A stretch of DNA of 63,833 nucleotides, counting the filler, from Craspedostauros australis (Eukaryota): NCBI GenBank assembly GCA_030167865.1. It is 8 parts of 8 records of this genome, joined end to end, with 100 filler letters (N's around TTAATTAATTAA, not from the genome) between each part and the next. Parts side by side here need not be neighbours in the genome. Positions count along the whole stretch, not along the records: positions 21,274 to 25,033 come from JALAGF010002400.1; positions 25,134 to 29,114 come from JALAGF010002402.1; positions 29,215 to 40,906 come from JALAGF010002404.1; 5 more parts are not named here. One strand, given 5' to 3'. Of the stretch, positions 21,920-32,880 are shown piece by piece. The stretch's first letter is position 1. Each line of letters opens with the position of its first letter. A program made the translations under genes and the position numbers. The notes under the pieces were generated by a model, which was given only the letters and a program-made list of their open reading frames with translations, was not told the origin of the DNA and made no database searches.

Positions 21920-24487
21920 ACACAAAGTATTCTCCAAAGCACGAAGTAATGCGAAACTCATAGTAACCAATCAACCAACAAACAAGCAAACGAGAATTGA
22001 CTCTCGAGAGCCAAGTTCCGTCGTGCGCGCGAGTACTCTACTCCACTTGACTCGACCTTCGTGATCCTCCCAAATTCATCAGCTGCGGAATTGACGATGG
22101 CGACGCTCCAACAAACGTCATGGCATGCCCTCTACGGGTCCAGTGTGGCACTCTACTCTCTGGTGGCTAGTGGCTAATTTCCACTTTTTTGGCACTTTTG
22201 GTAATTTTTGGTACCCATTCGCAGATCGCCGACGGCACAAGCTGCCATTTGATGAGTTGATGCCCGTTGCCTGACATCTTTACATTATTAGAAAGAGGAG
22301 AGTGAGAGCTCTCTGTTGATGTGTTCATTGTTGGCAAACGGTCTCCGCTTCCTGTTCATCTTGATGCCTGTTCAAACCCTTTATCGGCCCTTTTCATACG
22401 GACGACGTACGGACGTGATTTCGGAATTTTTTCGTTGGTAACCGCGTAGAGTCTACGACATTCTGGTACAGAAACTTGTTGCTTCTTCGTCCAATCTCGA
22501 CCGACTGCCTTCCAATGACCCGCATCCAATTCTGCTTCGTCTATTGCAAAAGTGAATGACATGGCTGTATTCGTCGCTTCATTCTGCTTCGGGTGGTGTG
22601 CTGGTCAGCGGTACAGGATGTCTTTGAGTGTTGCTTTGGGTGTTTGAAGTCAGTCACTAATTCTCGTGACAGCCATGATCATCGATCCGTGAACGCACAA
22701 AAGCTCGCGCCAAAAATTATCGTGCGTTTTTACGTGTTGTGGATTCGTACTGTGCTGCTCACCTGAGTCTCTCTACTTGATGCAAGGTTGTGCCTCGCGC
22801 TGATGTCGGATCATCGTGTCGTTGCTTTTAATAGACGCATTACCCTCTCCTGAATCCGCCCATGTAGTCTTGGTCTTCGAACCTCACTTCCTCCAAAGAT
22901 ATATCAATTGCAAGTTCTTTTCGTGGCTTTATCGCGTACTATCCTCCCGAGGAAACATCGCTTCCTGATCAGGCGCCAAAACTGTCTTCATTGACGCCGG
23001 TTGTTACACCCTGGCGAAGACTGGCCATTTATTTCACGCTCACGCGATGGGTGGGGTCGTCGACACAGTCGCTGCTCGAGCTCTATCAAACCGCGTTCGA
23101 ATCGTTCTGTGGAGGTAGCCCGATGTTCTACACTGGTCTTGAGCGCCGCTAAGGCCAATCGAACACTGGCATCTACATTTCGCACGCGATACATGCCAAA
23201 ATGCGCGCACATTGCATGAAAATTATGCGCGGCGCAGTTGCACATGCTCAGTGATTCGGAAGATCCAAAGAAGAGCGGTCAGAGCATGGCGAGATTGGAC
23301 TCCTCGATGTCAAACAGTCAACTCTGCTCTATTCTGGACTGCTCTTGTGTGCTAATGCTAACCAAGGGATCAAATAAAGTAATAGTGCAGGGATTAGATT
23401 ACCTCTACGGCATCTGCGCCGTCGGCGCTGTTCTCCGTCTCTTTTCAACTTCCTGCCATTCGGGAAGAGAGCACGGACTCCATGTTGCTTGGTTGATATG
23501 CATATCAACGCTGGACCTGCGACCTGTGCAGACCAGTTAAGCATCCCTGGGATCTGGTCGAACTTGCTGCTTGTACTGTAGCTATTGGCTCAACGTGCCA
23601 TTGGCAGCTGGCTCACCTAGCAGTCTCGCTTTTGCTCCAACCAAACCGCGACTTTGCTGTACCGATGCTGCGATTCCTGGAGTTTGCGGATGACCCGCTC
23701 GCGGCTGGGGTGGGCTTCTAACTAACCAAGGGATCATTGCTCTCCCAAACAGGATGGATGCAACGATACACATGCATCCAAGTTGCTGTTGCCAAGATGG
23801 TTGCTGGTGTACGGATTTTCGGAGTAGAACTGAAACGCTATTGCAGAACTTATCAACCATAATCAACTACAATGCAATACAATGAACGAAGTCGCAATGG
23901 ATGATATCAGGATATAAGGAACTGATCATAGCATGTGAAGAACACATCGGTTGGCACCACATCGTTTCGTGATCATTTCAACCGCATGTTATCACATGTT
24001 GGGGCACACAGAAATTCGCCACGATACATCGCGGTGATTGGCATTCGTGAATGGAAACAACGAGTGCCTGCTCCAAAGAAACAAACAGATATCTACCACT
24101 ACCCAACCAATCGCCACGAAAGTTGGAGGGTGCGATTACAAGCCACACATGAGAGTGCTCATGAAAGGAGAGTCCAAACAAACGGAGCGGCATGGACTTG
24201 CCGAGGAGGTTTGTGGCAGAAATGGCGGTTTTGGGGCCGATTCGTGTGGGACTGACGTACAAAATGTACCAGCGTCTACGTCAATATTGACTCATACGAC
24301 TAGTTCCCAAAAAGTACCAATGGTTACAAAAAATGGCCCCGCTCAAGCCACGAGACACTAGCGCGAGAGAAAGAGAATAGAGAGTGGGCAGGGTGGCGTG
24401 TAGTCGTATGCAGTGACGAAGACTATCACTTATTCTCTACTGGTTCCGTAATGATACGATGATCTGGTCTGTATCCATGATAGCTTC

Positions 24488-25033
24488 CTACTTCTTCAAC
24501 AAAGCATCCTTCTCATCGCCATCGGCCTTGTCGCCCTTTCCTTCTTCGATCCTCACGTAGCGTCCGTGGATGGGGTGAAAGACTCCAACCGGCGCGTTGC
24601 AGGAGGATGTGCGAGTGGTCATGCAGCGAAGCAAACGAAGACATCCGTAGCATCCCCAGATGCCCATCACACACGAGAGCAGCACGACGGTGACCACCCA
24701 TGCGATGATCGTTGGCAAGCTCTTTTCGAGACCGTCGGCGGCGGCGTACACCACGCGAGTCAGCTGCATGGCGTCGGCTTGGCAGTTCACCTCGACGTGG
24801 GTGGATCCTGCCGGGATCTCGTCGAAGTACTGCGCCAGACGTTCTTGGATGACGGGGTTGTCGACCGCGTGGCAACGCGAGCCAACAGCGACGCACATAT
24901 CCGGGAACAGCATGAGCTTGTCGGCGATGGTGTCGAAATCATCGAAGTCGTCGCTGCTGAAGGAGTCCCACGAATCGGAGCTGTCCATGAAGTTCTGAGT
25001 CATGTTGAAGAACCAATGGAGCGGTTGAGGACG
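24488..25033 (-). CDS. 3' part of a single-pass membrane protein; 5' end lost in the gap
   Basis: Frame open from the gap. Hydrophobic segment IIAWVVTVVLLSCVMGIWGCYGCL, then a short tail ending EKDALLKK. High GC3. Confidence 0.7.
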   Translation of the reverse strand, partial: RPQPLHWFFNMTQNFMDSSDSWDSFSSDDFDDFDTIADKLMLFPDMCVAVGSRCHAVDNPVIQERLAQYFDEIPAGSTHVEVNCQADAMQLTRVVYAAADGLEKSLPTIIAWVVTVVLLSCVMGIWGCYGCLRLLRCMTTRTSSCNAPVGVFHPIHGRYVRIEEGKGDKADGDEKDALLKK

Positions 25034-27256
25034 NNNNNNNNNNNNNNNNNNNNNNNNNNNNNNNNNNNNNNNNNNNNTTAATTAATTAANNNNNNNNNNN
25101 NNNNNNNNNNNNNNNNNNNNNNNNNNNNNNNNNGCCATCAACAAGTCAACCAATTGCCAACCCACCCACACAAGATGTGTGAAGTATCAACTCAAGACAA
25201 AATCTGCGAGGTCTGTGCCAGAGAGACAGTCTGCAAGAGGCTGCACCCCACCATATCTGACGAATGGTTGTTGATGGTGGGAGCCAAGTATTAGCTCAAA
25301 CTAGTATTCCCATTAGTCATGTTAAGATTTAGTTGAGTTAGTCAACTGTCTGACTGCTCAGAATGTTTGAGCGAGATTGAAGCATGAGTCGATGTCGGTG
25401 GGATGGGGTCCCACAGGGTCCCTCCCCACAAATCATGCTCGACTTAGGACGAAATCGCTCGTCTGACCAAATTGGGGATTGAGCGATCGTGCCATCCCAC
25501 ACCACTAATAAGTGGTGTGGGTTGTCCTGGATGGACAAACGTACCAGACCGTTGAATGAACATCATTCCCCAAAAGCGACCGGAAGAGAGTGAACACCAA
25601 ACTCTCTCTCTCTCCGGCCATCACAAAATTTACATCTCCTCTCTCGAATGGCAACATCAACACCGCGATGATTGCACATGGGAGACTCAATGCTCCACGA
25701 TACCACTAGTAATAGAGATTTTGCAGATCCAACTATAATGGATGCTGCTCATCAACTGCTCACAATCCTTTCAAAAGTCTAGTTTGGATTAGTTACAGCT
25801 TTAAGACTAAGACACACACTCACACACACAAACGCATCAACCTACTGTCCTACCTTGGCTTGATCACCCTTCGGCGTTCAGTAAGTTACCCTTGTTTCCT
25901 ATATCGTTCTATCACTCCACATCAGAACAGGAAGGCAAAGATTCTATGACCAGAGCACCATCATGATTGTGGATATGCAACAAGGAGTTCAATTGAGACA
26001 TTGGAGACTACACAAGGAGTGTTAGATCAATAGAGAATGAGACAACAGAGTATGTATCGAATACAGAGTATCACGTAGTACCAACATGCAAGAGAGATAG
26101 GGATATATAGAGAGAGAATACAAGAAATAGTGAGAGAGCATCTTGTGTGCTGAGTCATAGTCAGGAGATACCAAGAGCATCAGGAGACTCCAAGAACCAT
26201 TGGAAAAACATCACAATGAAATAGCAAACAGAATCATAACCACCACCATCACCATTGTCAGCAGTCGCAAGAGTATCTGTGAGAGGAACTTGCCAACACA
26301 AATCTGGTTCACAACAAGGGGTGTATCAGCAATACACCATCTACAGCAAATCAATAGAAGACTGTCATCTGTGTGCCTGGGAGTATTCCCTTCGCATCCT
26401 GAGCACCCAAGCCTGTCAGAATGATTCGAAAGAATGGACAATACCAGCTGTTAGAATGAAATCAGGGATGGGATTCCGCACCGAAACGTAGAGTGATCAG
26501 ATCGTTGTTGGGGTGAGGATGAGTGTTGTTATTGAGTATTATTCGTATGAGTAGTAGAATGCGGGCAAGCTCACAAGATGATTTCTTGAGAACTGTGAGC
26601 ATGAGAGAGGCATGACATGATCTCATGCAATTGCAGATGAAATTAACACGGAGAAAACACGACAAATGTGCGTGTTACTGCGTGAAGAAGATTTGCAAAA
26701 GTCAATGAACAAAACACCGCGATACCCCGTGTTGTGAATTANGTCTTCTCACGATGTTGCTAGTAGTACGATCACACGATTGATCNTATTCACTTGAGAA
26801 GGTCATGGCAAGANTCGCACGTGTCGCACCCAAGACCGAAGTCTGTCCTGATTGGGCAGAGAGGTTCATCTTGGCAAGAAATTCATTTCCGCGACATCCG
26901 AAATCTGTGATTGACGGGAAAACGGTTCTTGCGACGCGAAATGTGACACAAATTTGACACAACGGATTTTCGACCAAAATTTCCGTTCGGAACGGAAAAA
27001 GGAAGAAAAGTGGAGATTTCTGATTGGTTGACGGGTGTCGCTATTGTTAGAGATTTAGCGTTGCGCTAATACCAGCTGTCACGGTTTGTGGGTGATGAGT
27101 CTTGTTCAAATCAACTAGTTCAGTGCTCAGTCTCAAACAAGAAGGCCACTGACTTTGGTTACTGCTCTTGATGCTACATCTCAACAGTGCATCATTTCCA
27201 ATTAACCCTAAACAGTCCATACGCTTGGCCAGTTGTGCTGGGAAAATTGGAGCGAG

Positions 27257-29114
27257 TTAGATTCCAGGAATCCTGGCTATTTCCAATGATGTGAGGAGGC
27301 CAACCTGAGTTGGAGGTGGTCTAGTGAAATTGGTCCCTTCCAGAGCAAGAAAGCCGAGTGCTGTCAGTTGACCCATCTCAGATGGAAGCTGCCCAGTGAA
27401 GTTGGTATATCTCAGATCAAGAGAGGTGAGAGCTGTCAGTTGACCAATCTCGGATGGAAGCCGCCCAGTGAAGTGTGCCCATGCCAGGCTAAGACTTCCC
27501 AATGCTGTCAGCTGACCAATCTCAGATGGAAGACACCCAGTGAAGCCGGTATATCCCAGGGTAAAATAGTTGAGCGCTGCCAGTTGACCAATCTCAGATG
27601 GAAGTGGTCCAGTGAACTTGGTCTCTTCTAGAACAAGAAATGTGAGCGCTGTCAGTTGATCAATCTTGGATGGAAGCTGCCCAGTGAAGTCAGTAGATCC
27701 CAGATCAAGAAATGTGAGTGCTGTCAGTTGATCAATCTTGGATGGAAGCTGCCCAGTGAAGTCAGTAGATCCCAGACGAAGATAGGTGAGCGCTGTCAGT
27801 TGAGCAATCTCGGATGGAAGCTGTCCAGTGAAGTCGGTGGAATCCAGGTAAAGACGTTTCAGTGCTGTCAGTTGACCAATCTCAGATGGAAGCCGCTCAG
27901 TGAAGTGTACCTGGTTCAGATCAAGATGTCCCAATGCTGTCAGCTGACCAATCTCGGATGGAGCCTGTCCAGTGAAGTCGACCCGTCCCAGATCAAGATA
28001 GGTGAGTGCTGTCAGTTGACCAATCTCGGATGGAAGCTGTCCAGTGAAGTCAGTCAATCCCAGATCAAGATAGGTGAGCGCTGTCAGTTGACCAATCTCG
28101 GATGGAAGCTGCCCAGTGAAGTCAGTGGAATCCAGACCAAGCCAGATGAGAGCTGTCAGCTGACCAATCTCGGATGGAAGCTGTCCAGTGAAGTCGGTGA
28201 AATCCACGTTGAAAAAGATGAGCGCTGTCAATTGACCAATCTTGGATGGAAGCTGCCCAGTGAAGTCGGTCCGTTTTAGATCAAGAGAGGCGAGCGCTGT
28301 CAGCTGCCCAATCTCGGATGGAAGCTGCCCAGTGAAGTCAGTCCATAATAGATCAAGATAGGTGAGCGCTGTCAGTTGACCAATCTCAGATGGAACCTGT
28401 CCAGTGAAGCGGGTGTAACTCAGCTCAAGCATTGTGAGTGCTACCAGTTGACCAATCTGGGATGGAAGCTGTCCAGTGAAGTCAGCACCTGCCAGATCAA
28501 GATAGGTGAGCGCTGTCAGTTGACCAATCTCGGATGGAAATTGTCCAGTGAATTTGGTCCGTCCTAGACGAAGATCAGCGATCGCTGTCAGTTGGCCAAT
28601 TTTAGATGGAAGTGGTCCAGCGAAGTTGTTGAAAGACAGGTCCAGATGTGTCAATTGTGGAAGTTGATACAATTCTGACGGAAACGCACCTTCCAGTTCC
28701 ATGTACACTAGAGTTAGCTCTGATAGCATACTCAACATGGCAATGTGACTGAAGATGATACCATCGATCTGTCCGCGAGTCCTGGAAGTCATTTCCATTG
28801 ACCATTGCTCAAGGTGTGAGAGATGATGCAGGGCTGGATCAAGCATGCCCCGCATGCCTTCGTCACCCAAAGCTACTTCTACCACATGCCCATCAACGCA
28901 TGTCACACCACCAGAGGAAGAGTGCCAGTCACATACGTCAGCATCTGATAGAAAGCCCATCTTGTCGTTCCAATTGGCTCCATTGAGTGAGTAGTACATG
29001 CTCACCACTGCATAGTACTCCAATAGCTGCGTGGCATTGGCTTGTGCATCTTCCGCGATCAATGATGTGAGATCTGGGTGGTTGCTGTTTGCCATCCAGT
29101 TCAACGTCTGGTGT
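27257..29114 (-). CDS. Leucine-rich repeat receptor-like protein (about 19 x 24-aa LRRs), 5'-truncated by the gap
   Basis: N-cap YYAVVSMYYSLNGANW...VCDW...GVTC, then tandem LPSEIGQLTALxxLxLxxTxFTGQ units with a 72-bp DNA period. Confidence 0.93.
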
Positions 29115-29834
29115 NNNNNNNNNNNNNNNNNNNNNNNNNNNNNNNNNNNNNNNNNNNNTTAATTAATTAANNNNNNNNNNNNNNNNNNNNNNNNNNNNNN
29201 NNNNNNNNNNNNNNTTGATTGCATTCTATGGCAATTATGCTAAACATGTATGATGTGGCTTATACTTTTCGTGTGTAGTGCAGGTAGTCTACATTTATCC
29301 CTAAACTTGCGGGTCGATGTGAGATTTTGTGTCCACGGGACGTCGTATGGACATTTGGACGTTTTGGGTCGCTAAGAAACACAAAACAGGCTGGTTGATG
29401 CAAATCGGCACTTCAAAAGGGCTGGTTAATGAATTTCCTCAAAAACAAGAAAGACAAGAAAGTTGGCAAGAAATCAAAGAACAGAGACCAATCTTGACAC
29501 ATTCTATCGAGTTCCTGTCATCTTCTGGTCTCACGGCGAGTGGTTAGCGCCAAACAAACACCCATCGAGATTGATATCCTTGGCACCAACGGCGACTTCC
29601 CCGCCTGGGAACATCAGAGGCCATCTCTGGAATGGCGAGCCGCCTTCTTTCGTGTTCTCCTGATGGTCATGACCTCATTCATCAGGCGTCAACCATCAAA
29701 CATCAACCGTCGACCATCAAGCATCAGACACCGGAGAGGCGCTCTGGCCCATCACCTCACAAAGACCTCACAATCTCAGCACCAGCGTACTCCTCCCCGT
29801 ATCATACGTTTGTGCGTGGGTACTGGTGCGTGCA

Positions 29835-30033
29835 TCAGCAATCAGCAATCAGCAATCAGCAGTCAGCAGTCAGCAGTCAGCAGTCAGCAGTCAGCAGTCA
29901 GCAGTCAGCAGTCAGCAGTCAGCAGTCAGCAGTCAGCAGTCAGCAGTCAGCAGTCAGCAGTCAGCAGTCAGCAGTCAGCAGTCAGCAGTCAGCAGTCAGC
30001 AGTCAGCAGTCAGCAGTCAGCAGTCAGCAGTCA
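29835..30033. repeat. Heptamer tandem repeat (TCAGCAG/TCAGCAA), about 28 copies
   Basis: Directly visible; the first three units are TCAGCAA and the rest are TCAGCAG. Confidence 0.97.
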
Positions 30034-30203
30034 CCATCGCCAAAAGCCAGCAAGGCCAAGCTGAAGAGTAACTGTACTGCTCTGCGAGTGCTCCACACGC
30101 AACACATCACCATACCATACCAAACCATACACATCACAAGCACATCATCCACATCATAAAACGGTGCAGAGCACATCCAACGACAAAGTCCCAAGCAAAC
30201 AGC

Positions 30204-31823
30204 ATGTCGCACTCCTCCAACTCCACAGATGACTACCCGGCTGAGTCGCAACCACTTCTGAAGCCAAGCGCTGACAGCGACGGCAACGGCAATGGCAATG
30301 GCATAGATGCGCCCGCAGCTGCAGTGTCACTCCCACATCTGCAGGATGACGCTGCGGAAGCCAACTGCAATGAAGGCGGTGTCAATCTTCTTCGATGGGA
30401 TCACATCGCCATCCCCGTGTGCTACCTGACCGTCGGCCTTTGCCAAGGTCTCATCCGTCCCTTGCTGAATGTTTACCCCCTCGATCTTGGAGCGAACGAG
30501 GCGCAGCAGGCAACGGTGAACCTCGTCGTCAACATCCCCGCAACGCTCAAGATCATCTTTGGATTTCTGTCGGATAACTGCCCGCTTCTTGGCTACCGAC
30601 GCAAGTCCTACATGCTGGTCGGTTGGCTGATCGTCGTGTTCGATATGCTCAATCTGCTCATATCATCCGACGTGACCATGTCTTACGATGACGCTGGGGA
30701 GGCCGTCCCACCCACAAAAGCCCCCTCCATGGAACTGGTCAGCCTATCCTTCCTCCTCTTCGGTCTTGGAATGTGGTGGGCGGACGTGATGGCCGACACC
30801 ATCGTCGCGGAGAAGGCTCGGCTGGAACCAGTGGCGTGCAGAGGCCAGCTGCAGGCGACATGTTACGCGTGCCGTTTCTTCGGCATCATGGTGGGCGCGC
30901 CCATCTCGACGCTGCTGTACGCAACGCACGGACCGGGGTCGATCATCGTGTTCCTGGCATGCACACCGCTCACCATGATCCCCCTCATCTACCTGCTTTG
31001 GGAAGAGCGGAGTTGGTCTGTCGATTCCACCTTGGCTCGGGAATGCGCGGAGATCTGGAACACCGTCTGCAGCCGAGCAGTGTGGCAGCCTGTGGGATTC
31101 ATCTACCTGTTCAACTTGCTTCAAGTTCAGAACGTCGCGTGGAGGCAGTTCCTCCGAACGGTGCTGGATTTCGGGGAAGCGGACCTCAACATACTGCTGG
31201 TCGTCTCGTACGTCTGCCTGTTCTTGGGAACGCTGTGCTACAAGTACTTCTTCCTGCAAGCGAGCTGGCGGTCGGTGTACAAGCTGTGCATCGTCGTGTC
31301 AGCCATCGTCTCCGGCCTGCAGCTCCTGCTGATCGCCGACAACACGTTCGGAATTCCCGATTTTTGGTTCGCATTGGGCGATGAGGCTACTGCTGAGTTC
31401 ATATCTGGCATGCAATTCCTGCCGGGTGCCATATTGTTCGTGGCGCTGTGCCCGCCAGGCAGCGAAGGCGCGTCGTATGCCATGTTCACGACGGCGTTGA
31501 ATGCTGGAGTTCTTTTGGCACCCTCCATCTCCAGCATGCTGCTGCCGATCTGGGATGTGAGCGAGGAGGCGCTCGAGGATGGGAATCTTGGTGGACTGTT
31601 CAATCTCGGCATGCTCACCACGGCCATCAAGCTTTCACCGCTGCTGGTGCTCGGGTGGATGCCCCATTCTAGGACAGATCTGAAACAGCTCTGCACGGCA
31701 CGAGCCGGAACGAGTGTGATTGGCGGCGCCCTGTTCCTCACCGTAATCTTCGTATCGATTGCCTACATCCTGATTGTGGGCATCCTGAACATTGTGGATC
31801 CTGGATGGGCCGGCGAATCTTGA
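30204..31823 (+). CDS. Folate/biopterin transporter (BT1 family, MFS)
   Basis: Many hydrophobic helices. Motifs KIIFGFLSDNCPLLGYRRKSY, ADVMADTIVAE, RGQLQATCY and LCPPGSEGASYAMFTT are typical of BT1/FBT proteins. Confidence 0.88.
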   Translation: MSHSSNSTDDYPAESQPLLKPSADSDGNGNGNGIDAPAAAVSLPHLQDDAAEANCNEGGVNLLRWDHIAIPVCYLTVGLCQGLIRPLLNVYPLDLGANEAQQATVNLVVNIPATLKIIFGFLSDNCPLLGYRRKSYMLVGWLIVVFDMLNLLISSDVTMSYDDAGEAVPPTKAPSMELVSLSFLLFGLGMWWADVMADTIVAEKARLEPVACRGQLQATCYACRFFGIMVGAPISTLLYATHGPGSIIVFLACTPLTMIPLIYLLWEERSWSVDSTLARECAEIWNTVCSRAVWQPVGFIYLFNLLQVQNVAWRQFLRTVLDFGEADLNILLVVSYVCLFLGTLCYKYFFLQASWRSVYKLCIVVSAIVSGLQLLLIADNTFGIPDFWFALGDEATAEFISGMQFLPGAILFVALCPPGSEGASYAMFTTALNAGVLLAPSISSMLLPIWDVSEEALEDGNLGGLFNLGMLTTAIKLSPLLVLGWMPHSRTDLKQLCTARAGTSVIGGALFLTVIFVSIAYILIVGILNIVDPGWAGES

Positions 31824-32880
31824 CAGCCAACAGACATTGGAGTATCTCACCATACATTTACACTTCATGATTATTATTATGCTGATGAGGCTGTGATTGA
31901 AGTACAACCACATCCTCTCGATAACACGCAAACGCCAACGTGGTACATCCAAAATAAGAGTGTAACAGTTGGCGTTAGACGATTGTACGATCCTATCCTG
32001 AGGGTGGTCTGATGGCGAGCTCGTTCCGCTCCGATATCTTTGCAGGCAGCCGCATTCAGCTCAGGACAGTCGTCTCCTGCATTGCCAATAACATACGCAA
32101 GGCTGGGGTTACCACAAAGGTTTGCCTGTGTTTGTATGCAGCTCAAACAGCCTTGGCCTTGATTCACGTCACAGATCCCCCGTCTCAACGATGCCGTCGA
32201 TGTCTGTTTCCTTGCCAGAGGCAAGGTTGGCGCATACGGCTACTCCTGCCCCCCTCGCACGCAACGGACTAGAATAAGCAAGTTTCCTACAATTCTGTCA
32301 CCCTGACGATGTGCGGAAACGCAGGGTTCGGGCATCTTGACCAACTCGCAAAGCCGAGCGATGTGGATCGGAATGAGATGGGCTACATCTTTATTGTACG
32401 TGGAGCTTCTCAAATACATGATGCTGCTAATACCACACACTTACATACTCCAAGGTGCCACTGAACTTCTCTCCAGAGCGCGATGCCAGGATTCTCGTTG
32501 CGTCTAACTCAGGTTGCCTCTCTGGAGAGACTGCGACACTCGATTGATGGATAAAGGCTGTCTAAGTCCCCAACCTAGACAAGGCGGAATGACAATCTTG
32601 TCGAACAACGTGACGACTTCTTCGTTGCGCTTCGTTGATTTTCTTCGTCGCGGGAACGTCAGTTGCGCTCGTTGATTGTTGCCACGATGCGAAAGGAGGA
32701 GGCAAACGCGACCAGAAACTGCGACCCTCTTTGGCCAGTTCGCACTCCATCAATTCCCCATAAAATCCCCACCAATCGGCAACGCAAGCACAAGCAAGCA
32801 AACAAGACGAGTGGCAGAGAGGATACGAAATCAGCGGGAAGCGCTGTGGAAGGAGTGCAAGGGAGGCCAGTGTACAGTCC

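Noticed and set aside
27257..28690. 72-bp periodic constant/variable pattern resembling a CRISPR array or DGR cassette
   Set aside because: The period is a multiple of three and fully explained by the LRR reading frame. No cas genes or DGR-type RT are present; the only RT is Copia-type.
29540..30159. ORFs with (SSQQSAV)n repeats
   Set aside because: They arise in all three frames from the 7-bp tandem repeat; there is no independent coding evidence.
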